Shown here: in pieces, positions 38,950 to 47,655 of the stretch | Numbering within the stretch: position 1 is the first letter of the stretch | Layout of the letters: every line of letters begins with the position of its first letter | NCBI GenBank assembly: GCA_964501535.1 | Contig: CAZCSV010000002.1 | Location: 413,960-477,959, forward strand | Reading direction: 5' to 3' | DNA length: 64,000 nt | From: an uncultured Ignavibacteriaceae bacterium | Lineage (GTDB): Bacteria > Bacteroidota > Ignavibacteria > Tepidaquicellales > Tepidaquicellaceae | Program-made: the position numbers and the translations under genes | Notes under the pieces: model-generated | Told to the model about the DNA's origin: nothing | Seen by the model: the letters and a program-made list of their open reading frames with translations, nothing else | Database searches by the model: none

Positions 38950-40530
38950 TTAGTTTTTTAATTTTGGAATCTTCAGAGTGATTTTTGTTCCGCTTTGCCT
39001 CTCTCCTTTTATAAAGAACTCACCGCCGAACAATAATGCTCTTTCTTTCATTCCCAGAAGACCGAGTGATTTGGGGTCGTTTATCTCGCTGTCCTTTATT
39101 CCGCATCCGTTGTCCTTAATCTCCACTATTGTTCCCGGTTCCTTTTCCGATATTTTTATCGAAACTTCCGTCGCCTTTGAATGCCGCAATATATTCGTCA
39201 GGGATTCCTGTATTATTCTGAAAACCCCTATCGAGTAGTCTTTCTCGATATCTATTTTTTTCAATGTTGTTGAGAGCTTGCATCTAATCCCGCTCCTTTT
39301 TACGAATTCACCGATTTGCCATTCGATAGCGGCGAGCAGCCCGAGGTCGTCGAGTGCACTTGGTCTTAACTCGCGGGCGATAGTCCTGACCGACTGAATT
39401 ATAGAATCTACGAGCAGTATCATATCATGTGCTTGTCTAATCAGTATGTCAAATTTATTTTCTGTGTTTTCATCTGTGAGCTTTTTTATTATCCTGTACA
39501 GGTCAATTCTCAAAGCTGTAAGGCTTTGCCCGAGATTGTCGTGAAGCTCTCTTGAAATGTAAACTCTCTCTTCTTCTCTTATCGACTGCAGATGTGACGC
39601 GAAATTTTTTAACTGCTCCCTCGATTCGTTAAGTGCCTGCTCTGCTTTCTTTCTTTCCGCAACGTTCGTGTAAAAAGCAATGCTCGCTGGTCCGTCTGCG
39701 AGATTTACTCGCGTAACTACCAGATGAATCGGAAATTCGTTCCCTTTATTATGCAATCCCGTCGATTCGTATTCGTTCGGAACCGGTAATCTCATCTCCC
39801 TCATTTTCGCCCTCTCCGAGATTTCCCTTCTGCATTGGGGTGCGAACTGCTGTAATATCGGTTTATCAATAAGCTCATCCATTGTTCTAAAACCGAACAT
39901 CTTCAAAAACATTTTATTGTTATATATGTAGTACCCTTTCCTGCTCAGACTGATTGCAACCGGGGCTTTATCTATCAGTGTCCTGAATCGTAATTCGCTC
40001 TGTCTCAGGGATGCTTCTATCTTCTGCCTTTTTATGTATTGCATGATAAGCTGAACGATAAGATTTAAAAGATGCCGTTCTTCCCTTAAAAAAGGTCCCT
40101 CGAAATTGCTGGGACATTTTTTCAGATATACCACCTCCAGAGCTCCGATTTTTTCTTTGTCAATCAATATTGGGCTTGTTTGCTTCCACTTCGAGTTCTT
40201 GAATCCTTTTGTTTTATATACCTTATCTCCAATAATTAGACGTGATTCGGTTATTTTTGGAAACTGGTATGATAATACTATTGCTTTCAATATTTTCTCG
40301 TATACTTTTTCAGGATAAAGATTCGGCTCGTTTAGAATATTGGAAATTTTGTATAAACACTCAAGCTCTTTTGTCCTTTCCTTTAAATCGTGTGAAGTTT
40401 TTTCGAGTATGACAGCTGCCTGCTTTACTTCTGTGAAAGATTTTTTGCGGGTTTCGAGCCTCTTGATTTTTCTGCTTAATCCTTCGATATTCTTTATCAG
40501 CTCTTTCTTTGATAATTTAGTTAAATCCAT
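38950..40530 (-). CDS. Cytoplasmic sensor histidine kinase: coiled coil + uncharacterised sensor module + PAS + HisKA_3 + HATPase
   Basis: 526-aa ORF. The N-terminal module is KELECLYKISN...EGPFLREERHLLNLI. The PAS-like segment is FRTLIDKAPVAISL. The H-box is RELHDNLGQSLTAL, and the HATPase carries DNGCGI and GLLGMKERA. Confidence 0.8.
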   Translation of the reverse strand: MDLTKLSKKELIKNIEGLSRKIKRLETRKKSFTEVKQAAVILEKTSHDLKERTKELECLYKISNILNEPNLYPEKVYEKILKAIVLSYQFPKITESRLIIGDKVYKTKGFKNSKWKQTSPILIDKEKIGALEVVYLKKCPSNFEGPFLREERHLLNLIVQLIMQYIKRQKIEASLRQSELRFRTLIDKAPVAISLSRKGYYIYNNKMFLKMFGFRTMDELIDKPILQQFAPQCRREISERAKMREMRLPVPNEYESTGLHNKGNEFPIHLVVTRVNLADGPASIAFYTNVAERKKAEQALNESREQLKNFASHLQSIREEERVYISRELHDNLGQSLTALRIDLYRIIKKLTDENTENKFDILIRQAHDMILLVDSIIQSVRTIARELRPSALDDLGLLAAIEWQIGEFVKRSGIRCKLSTTLKKIDIEKDYSIGVFRIIQESLTNILRHSKATEVSIKISEKEPGTIVEIKDNGCGIKDSEINDPKSLGLLGMKERALLFGGEFFIKGERQSGTKITLKIPKLKN

Positions 40531-40739
40531 TTTATGTTTTTTTCTTTGAAAATCCGGCCAAACATTATCCTTTGCAAATTATCAAAGTTAAAACTCATAA
40601 AAAATCATAAAATAAATGCTGATTTGATTAAATAAATAGATAATTTTGAGAATTACAAATCTCAGTTTGTCCTAAAAAATATGTTGGATGTTCTTTCATG
40701 GGAATATTCTTATTCACCAATAAATTCTCTGTAATATTT

Positions 40740-40789
40740 TGTTACAATTCTGTTACAATAATTTGCAATCTTTTTAAGGCATTTGCATT
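40740..40789. promoter_or_regulatory. Phased direct-repeat array (candidate regulator binding sites) in the divergent intergenic region
   Basis: TGTTACAAT occurs at 40740 and 40751, ATTTGCAAT at 40761 and ATTTGCATT at 40781. The spacing is 10-11 or 20 nt. The array lies between the HK operon and the 1889-aa protein gene. Confidence 0.35.
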
Positions 40790-40984
40790 GTATTATTATA
40801 TTTAATTTTGATATTTTACTATAATATTTATAATATTACTGAAAAGAATTTCTCGTAATAAATATGCATAAGATTTATTATTAGTGAGTGTTTTTTACTA
40901 AATAGCAAAAAATTTTAAAAAGTTATTTAATTCAATATACAAAAACTAATTAATCCATTTTTTTTATAACTTATCACACTATCT

Positions 40985-43900
40985 ATGAAGAAATTATTTT
41001 CATTGTGTGTTTCAATGTTTTTTATTGGAACATTGTTTGTGCAGGTTTCATTTGCGCAACTTTCGGGAACGAAAACGATTCCCGGAAACTATGCAACAAT
41101 CGCTGCCGCTATTACCGACCTGAATGCTCAGGGGGTAGGCTCGGGCGGCGTTACTTTTAATGTTGCGGCGGGTCACACAGAGACATCTTCTAATTTAATT
41201 ATCACCGCAACAGGTACTGCATCAAATCCGATTGTTTTCCAGAAATCCGGAAGCGGAGCGAATCCGCTAATAACAGCAGGAGTTGGTGTAGGAACTATGG
41301 ACGGAATAATTTTATTGTCGGGAACGGATTATATTACGTTTAATGCAATTGACCTTCTTGACCCGACTTCTAATACTACGACCACAACCCAGATGGAATG
41401 GGGCTACGCTTTATTGAAAGTCGACGGAACAAACGGCTCGCAAAATGTTACCATTAGCAATTGTAATATTAACCTGCAAAAGGTTAATACAAACTCTAAA
41501 GGTATTTACGTTGCAAACCATACAACTGCTTCGACTACTTCGTTAACCGTAACGAGTTTTTCGGGAACGAACTCCAGCAACAAATTTTATAGCAATTTTA
41601 TTAGCAGCTGCTATATTGGCATTAATGTTGCCGGTTACTCAGCATCGACACCTTACGATTTGTATGACCACTTCAACCAGATTGGTGTGCAGGGTGGTAA
41701 CACAATCAGAAATTTTGGAGGAAGTTCCGCTTCCGTTTATGGTATTTACACAATATATCAGGATAGCTTATCCGTTAATAATAATAATATCGCAGGTGGT
41801 ACAGGAACAACAACAACTCAATACGGTATCATGATTTCTACTGCAACGAATGCTTCCGTTACAGTTTATAATAATACGGTTCAGGATACTACATCTTCCA
41901 CAACTTCCGCTACCTACGGAATTTCTTTAAACAATGCCGGTGCGTCAGGAACCAATAATACTGTTATTGTTAAAAGAAATACTGTTCAGGGAATGACAGG
42001 TTTGGCTACGACATCTGGTGCGTTTTACGGTTATTATATTTATTACACTTCTGCTTTAAACATTTATGTTGACTCTAATAAACTTATTAACAATAAATGG
42101 GGACAAGGAACAACAACCGCTACAGGCTCTATATATGGTATGTATATTTATCCTTATACTACCTCTCCGGTTGCAGGTAGTATTCAATACGTAACCAACA
42201 ACTATATCGCAGGAAATAAGAGAAAACAGTCTACGGTTGGTTCGGGAACGCTTTATGGTATGTATATTTACTACGGTAACCAGACCGTAAACGCTTATAA
42301 TAACGTTATCGAAAATGACTCTCTTGCCGTTACGACCAGTACACAGTATTATATGTATATATATAATTATTATGCAACGACTGTTAACTATTATAATAAT
42401 ACCATAAAAAATATTTATAAAGGAAACGGCAGCACGGGTACGCTTTACGGATTTTATATCTCTAATGCCGCATATACAGGTACTTTTAATTTTTACAATA
42501 ATACCGCAAATAATTTCAAAGGGGCCGGAAATGCAACCGGTTCTATGTATGGTATTTATAATGCATCATCCGCGGTAACCAAAAGCTTCTATAACAATTC
42601 GGCATATACACTACATGCAAACGGTTCGGGTAGTGTATACGGTATTTATAGTTCAGGCGGGACTACTGTAAACATTTATAAAAATTCCGTATACGATTTA
42701 AGAACTTCATTGGGGTACGGATACGGAATGTACTTATCGAGTGGTACTACTGTAAATCTGTATAATAATTATATATCGGATGTTAGAAGTGATTCCTGCA
42801 CATACACATCGGGTATATACGGATTATATTTAGGAGGTGGTACAAACGTAAATGCCTATTACAATACGGTATATCTGAATGCTGTAAGCACCGGAACAAC
42901 ATTCGGTACTGCGGCTGTTTATGCATCTACTACACCGACACTGGATTTAAGAAACAACGTTTTTGTTAACATGTCTACTCCCGGTACTTTGGGAGGATTT
43001 ACTACTGCATATTACAGAAGCTCTTCGACTTTAACGACTTATTCAAATTTATCTAATAATAATGATTTTTATGCCGGGACTCCCGATACAACCCATATTA
43101 TATATTATGACGGGACAAATTATGCAAGAACCTTGTCGGATTATAAATTGCTCGTAACACCGAGAGATGCAAATTCGGTTACGGAAAATCCTCCTTTTAT
43201 TAATGTGGCCACAAGACCGTACAACCTGCATATCAATGCAGCAATAGCAACGCAGTTGGAAACAAACGGTCAGGTAGTCTCGACACCGATATCGATTAAT
43301 GATGACTATGACGGAAATGCAAGGTATCCGAATTCCGGTTATCCGATTAATCCGTCGTATCCGCCTAACGCTCCGGATATCGGTGCGGATGAATTCGGTG
43401 GTATACCTCTCGATGTGAGCGGACCAAATATTTCATATACTCCATTGCTGAATACATCTTCGACTACTGCAAGAACATTAACCGCAGTGATAACAGACCC
43501 GAGCGGGGTGCCGACATCAGGTACAGGCTTGCCGAGATTATACTGGAAAATCAATGCCGGCGCATATGTTGGCGTCACCGCAACTTCTTTGGGAAGCAAC
43601 CAGTATTCCTTTACATTCGGCTCGGGAGTCGTTACGGGTGATGTGGTGTCTTATTATATTTGTGCTCAGGATTTAGTATCACCGCCGAACGTCGGATGTT
43701 TCCCGTCCGCAGGTGCATCAGGATTTACTTATAATCCGCCTGCATGCTCAACCCCCCCGACCTCACCAAGCACATATACTGTGTCTCAGTTGGGACTTTC
43801 GGGTGATTATACGGTAGGTTTGACGCTGTTCAATACTCTGACGGGAAAGAATATTACATTCGAAAAAGTTGTAAAGAGAGTACTTAAAGAGGTAACGATA

Positions 43901-46654
43901 GAAGAACCCGTTTCTCAGAAACAGACTGTAAAAGGTCTGGAAATGGAAACCTCCGAAACTTCAACATCGGTTTCCCCGAAAGGCAGAAAGGAATTAAGAG
44001 AAGTCGAGGAAATAACATGGATTCCGATGCAGAACGGAAAGGTTTATACGGGTGATTTGTATATAAAGAAAGTGGAGAATCCGAACTACCAGTATCCGAT
44101 GGGAACGGATGGTGTCTATGCTACGATAACAGCGGCAATTGCCGACCTTAATTTAAGAGGAGTAACCGGTCCGACGAGATTCCTTCTCAATGACGCATCT
44201 TATACAACTGGTGAAACTTATCCGTTGGTGATTAATATTGGAAACATAAGTCTTCCGACTGCAACGAATACTGTTACGATAAAACCCAACACAGGAGTGA
44301 ATGCATCTATTACGGGTGATGCTCCTGCCTCGAGAATATTCACGATTCTTAATAATTATGTGACAATCGACGGCTCTAACACCACTAACGGAACAACGAG
44401 AAATCTGACAATTACAAATTCAAGCGTTACTACACCGCAGGTGTTGGTTATCGGTTCGACAGGAACTACCCCGATCACTAATGTGACTGTAAAGAACTGT
44501 AATCTTGTCAATGGAGTAACAACAAGCTCTGCAGTTATTGTTTCGGACGGAGCGGCTCCCGGAACTGCCGGTTGGTTTAATAATATAACAATTCAAAATA
44601 ACAGCATAAAACAGGCTTATATAGGTCTGTATACAATTGCTAACATAGCAACAGGAAACGGAAGCGGATTGAATATTAACAGTAATGATATCGGCGATTC
44701 GCTCCTGCCTGTTAGACTCGTCGATGTTTATGTACAGGGTGTGGATGGTGCAACAATAACAAACAACAATCTCGGATTAAACTATCTTACGACATATTCA
44801 AGTAACGTTACGGGAGTTTGGTTTGCAACGGGAACAGTCAACAGTTCGATCACGAACAATACAATATCGTATATAACTGCAACGGCAGGTGGTCCGAGAG
44901 GTATTGCCGTATCTTCAGCTTATGCAAACGCAAATGTTAATATTACAGGGAATAACATTTATAATATACAAACGGCAGGTTCATCTCCGCCGTACGGTAT
45001 TTATGTGTTCAGTACTACATCAGCCGTAAGTATAAAGAAAAATAAAATTAGCAATTTACTTAATACGAATACAGGTGGTTACGGAGCAAGAGGTATAAAC
45101 ATTGCTACTTCGGTATCACCCGCTAATATTGATGTAATAAATAATTTTATTTGGAATATTGTAGCGACAGCGGATGCCTCGGTTACATACTGGGGTATTG
45201 GTATTGCTGTTGATGCTACAATCAGCAATGTGAATGTTTACTTTAATTCGGTGAATTTGTATGGCTCATTTGCTGGATATTCTTCTGCAACGGTTCATAC
45301 TGCATTCTATGTAAGCAGCGGTGCAACATTACTAAACGTTAGGGATAACATTTTCGTAAATTCATTTGACAATACTACCAGCACGACAGATAAGAGTTAT
45401 TCGATTTATAGTGCAGCGGCGAATACGGCTTATACGGATATTAACTATTGTGATTATTATGTCTCAGGTACGCCGGGTGTTTTGGGATATTTGGGAGCAA
45501 ATATCACTACCTTGTCAGGATGGCAAACTGCTACAGGAAAAGACCAAAATAGTATTTCAGGTAACCCTGTATTTATTAGCAATGATAATTTGCACATAGA
45601 TTCTGTGCTGGCTTCTCCTGTTAAGAATGCAGGACAATATATAAACACAGTAACAGATGATATTGATGGTAATACAAGATACAATCCTCCCGAAATTGGT
45701 GCGGATGAAAATACTCAAATGCCCGCACCGGTAGCACCTACATTATTGCTTCCTGTCAATGGTGCAACGAATGTATCGCTGACACCTTTACTCGACTGGA
45801 ACGATGTTTCAGGCGCAACAAGTTACAGGGTTCAGGTTTCAGTAGATTCGTTATTCGTTACGACTGCTTATGATACTTCGGGTGTAACTGCTACTCAGTT
45901 GACAGTTCCTTCCGGTAAACTTTCACAGTCCACTAAATATTACTGGAGGGTTAATGCAACTAACGCAGGTGGAACAGGTCCTTGGTCAGGTGTCTGGAAT
46001 TTCACCACTCTTGCCCTCGGCTTGCCCCTTAACCTGACGGTGTATCTTGAAGGATTCTGGAGCGGAACTACACACGTATCTGATACTGCAAAGATATATC
46101 TTGCATCAGCAACGACTCCTTATGCATTGGTTGATTCCCAGACGGTGGTACTCACCACATCGGGCACAACAAGCCCGACGTTCACAAGGGTATCCAGCGG
46201 AAATTACTACATCGTGGTCAAGCACAGAAATCATCTGGAGACCTGGAGCAGACTGCCGCAGGCATTTGTAGCGGGAACACCGTTAAATTATAACTTCACG
46301 ACCGATTCGGCAAAGGCATACGGATATAATATGAAGAAAGTCGGAAGCGCTTGGGTACTCTATGGAGGTGACCCAAACGGAGACGGAGACATAAATGCTC
46401 TTGACATACCGATATTTGTTGCGCAATTCGGTAACACCGGTTATCTGAGTTGTGACTTCAACGGAGACGGAGATGTAAACGCACTGGATGTAATCATTAT
46501 TTCAGTCAACTTCGGTTTGACAAAAGTCACGCCTTCGGTGATACTGGAGCCGGTGGAAATAAGAAATCAGAAGAGAATTATAAAGCAGCACGAATTTTTG
46601 GATTATTACTATAAGCAAAATAAGAAATCAAACAGTAACAATAATAATAATTAA
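40985..46654 (+). CDS. Giant secreted protein: parallel beta-helix repeat arrays + FN3-like domain + C-terminal dockerin-like duplicated Ca-binding repeat
   Basis: 1889-aa ORF with a signal peptide. It contains dozens of degenerate repeats (..G..YG.Y......V..YNN.I). The FN3-like segment is LLLPVNGATNVSLTPLLDWNDVSGATSYRVQVS...YYWRVNA. The dockerin-like repeats are DPNGDGDINALDI and DFNGDGDVNALDV (nt 46365-46520). Confidence 0.8.
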   Translation: MKKLFSLCVSMFFIGTLFVQVSFAQLSGTKTIPGNYATIAAAITDLNAQGVGSGGVTFNVAAGHTETSSNLIITATGTASNPIVFQKSGSGANPLITAGVGVGTMDGIILLSGTDYITFNAIDLLDPTSNTTTTTQMEWGYALLKVDGTNGSQNVTISNCNINLQKVNTNSKGIYVANHTTASTTSLTVTSFSGTNSSNKFYSNFISSCYIGINVAGYSASTPYDLYDHFNQIGVQGGNTIRNFGGSSASVYGIYTIYQDSLSVNNNNIAGGTGTTTTQYGIMISTATNASVTVYNNTVQDTTSSTTSATYGISLNNAGASGTNNTVIVKRNTVQGMTGLATTSGAFYGYYIYYTSALNIYVDSNKLINNKWGQGTTTATGSIYGMYIYPYTTSPVAGSIQYVTNNYIAGNKRKQSTVGSGTLYGMYIYYGNQTVNAYNNVIENDSLAVTTSTQYYMYIYNYYATTVNYYNNTIKNIYKGNGSTGTLYGFYISNAAYTGTFNFYNNTANNFKGAGNATGSMYGIYNASSAVTKSFYNNSAYTLHANGSGSVYGIYSSGGTTVNIYKNSVYDLRTSLGYGYGMYLSSGTTVNLYNNYISDVRSDSCTYTSGIYGLYLGGGTNVNAYYNTVYLNAVSTGTTFGTAAVYASTTPTLDLRNNVFVNMSTPGTLGGFTTAYYRSSSTLTTYSNLSNNNDFYAGTPDTTHIIYYDGTNYARTLSDYKLLVTPRDANSVTENPPFINVATRPYNLHINAAIATQLETNGQVVSTPISINDDYDGNARYPNSGYPINPSYPPNAPDIGADEFGGIPLDVSGPNISYTPLLNTSSTTARTLTAVITDPSGVPTSGTGLPRLYWKINAGAYVGVTATSLGSNQYSFTFGSGVVTGDVVSYYICAQDLVSPPNVGCFPSAGASGFTYNPPACSTPPTSPSTYTVSQLGLSGDYTVGLTLFNTLTGKNITFEKVVKRVLKEVTIEEPVSQKQTVKGLEMETSETSTSVSPKGRKELREVEEITWIPMQNGKVYTGDLYIKKVENPNYQYPMGTDGVYATITAAIADLNLRGVTGPTRFLLNDASYTTGETYPLVINIGNISLPTATNTVTIKPNTGVNASITGDAPASRIFTILNNYVTIDGSNTTNGTTRNLTITNSSVTTPQVLVIGSTGTTPITNVTVKNCNLVNGVTTSSAVIVSDGAAPGTAGWFNNITIQNNSIKQAYIGLYTIANIATGNGSGLNINSNDIGDSLLPVRLVDVYVQGVDGATITNNNLGLNYLTTYSSNVTGVWFATGTVNSSITNNTISYITATAGGPRGIAVSSAYANANVNITGNNIYNIQTAGSSPPYGIYVFSTTSAVSIKKNKISNLLNTNTGGYGARGINIATSVSPANIDVINNFIWNIVATADASVTYWGIGIAVDATISNVNVYFNSVNLYGSFAGYSSATVHTAFYVSSGATLLNVRDNIFVNSFDNTTSTTDKSYSIYSAAANTAYTDINYCDYYVSGTPGVLGYLGANITTLSGWQTATGKDQNSISGNPVFISNDNLHIDSVLASPVKNAGQYINTVTDDIDGNTRYNPPEIGADENTQMPAPVAPTLLLPVNGATNVSLTPLLDWNDVSGATSYRVQVSVDSLFVTTAYDTSGVTATQLTVPSGKLSQSTKYYWRVNATNAGGTGPWSGVWNFTTLALGLPLNLTVYLEGFWSGTTHVSDTAKIYLASATTPYALVDSQTVVLTTSGTTSPTFTRVSSGNYYIVVKHRNHLETWSRLPQAFVAGTPLNYNFTTDSAKAYGYNMKKVGSAWVLYGGDPNGDGDINALDIPIFVAQFGNTGYLSCDFNGDGDVNALDVIIISVNFGLTKVTPSVILEPVEIRNQKRIIKQHEFLDYYYKQNKKSNSNNNNN

Positions 46655-46666
46655 ATAAAACGCCTT

Positions 46667-46705
46667 CACGGCCCCGTGATTTACGGGGTCGTGAACGGAA
46701 TTTTT
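46667..46705 (+). terminator. Rho-independent terminator after the 1889-aa protein gene
   Basis: An 11-bp stem CACGGCCCCGT/ACGGGGTCGTG (46667-46693) is followed a few nt downstream by TTTTT. Confidence 0.6.
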
Positions 46706-46735
46706 AAAAATTTTAAAAATTAAATAATTACAATT

Positions 46736-47569
46736 ATGAAAAAAATATTAACTTTACTTATCTTGCTTGTGTTCTTAGTGAATTTTGCACCGGCACAGAA
46801 TAAGGTAACTTTTGATTTACGCTACAAGAAAATTTCAGGCGGAATTTTATCCTACGGGATATACGCTACAGTACCTGTAGGCCAGGTATGGCATGTAGGA
46901 GCCAGTAATATCAGGGTTAATTTCGCGAGCAATCCTGCTGGAGCTTTAACGGTGAAGACCGATAATCCCGTAGATAGTGCAAACCCGAACATCAGCGGTG
47001 CTAACGGATACAACGCAATGACTACCACATCCGTCAGCGGTGGTGTGGCAATCAGTTTGAATATTCTTACCTTTAACACCAGCGGATTTTACTCTTTCGT
47101 CGGCTCTGCTACACCATACAGAATCGGAAGGATAAGATTCAATGTTACCACACCGTTTTTAGCCGATACTATGAAGTTCAGAAACGTACCGTCGCAGTAT
47201 CCGACCGTTGTGCTGGATTCTCTGGTACCATTGGTATATGGAGTAACATTCCAGACATTAAATCCGGTAATAACCGGAGTCGAAGGTTATTCAAACGAAA
47301 TTCCGAAGGAATTCCAGCTTTATCAGAACTATCCGAACCCGTTCAATCCTGTAACGAGCATCAAGTTCGATATTCCGAAATCGACATACGTGAAAATAAA
47401 GATGTATGACATGCTCGGAAAGGAAATATCGGAGCTGGTGAATATGGACATGGAAGCGGGCAGGTATGAAGTCAACTGGGACGGAACCAATTTCGCAAGC
47501 GGTGTCTATTTCTACAGAATAGAAACGAAAGATTTTACTAAAGTAATGAAAATGATATTGCTGAAATAA
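46736..47569 (+). CDS. Small secreted beta-sandwich-like protein with T9SS C-terminal sorting domain
   Basis: 277-aa ORF with a signal peptide and a roughly 170-aa beta-rich domain. The C-terminus is YQNYPNPFNPVTSIKFDI...GVYFYRI. Confidence 0.7.
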   Translation: MKKILTLLILLVFLVNFAPAQNKVTFDLRYKKISGGILSYGIYATVPVGQVWHVGASNIRVNFASNPAGALTVKTDNPVDSANPNISGANGYNAMTTTSVSGGVAISLNILTFNTSGFYSFVGSATPYRIGRIRFNVTTPFLADTMKFRNVPSQYPTVVLDSLVPLVYGVTFQTLNPVITGVEGYSNEIPKEFQLYQNYPNPFNPVTSIKFDIPKSTYVKIKMYDMLGKEISELVNMDMEAGRYEVNWDGTNFASGVYFYRIETKDFTKVMKMILLK

Positions 47570-47592
47570 TTATTTAGGTAAAATCCAATAAT

Positions 47593-47624
47593 AAAAAAGC
47601 CGTTCTTTAAAGAACGGCTTTTTT
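47593..47624. terminator. Bidirectional terminator between convergent genes
   Basis: AAAAAA-GCCGTTCT-TTAA-AGAACGGC-TTTTTT is a perfect 8-bp stem flanked by an A-run and a T-run. Confidence 0.8.
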
Positions 47625-47655
47625 ATTTAGAGATTCTGTTTTGAAATATTTAATC

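Noticed and set aside
43752-43758. C7 homopolymer inside the 1889-aa protein gene as a phase-variation switch
   Set aside because: A C7 run is unusual for this AT-rich genome, but seven residues is below the length usually associated with slipped-strand switching. It encodes an in-frame Pro-Pro (TPPT) linker, and I have no evidence of variability from a single sequence.
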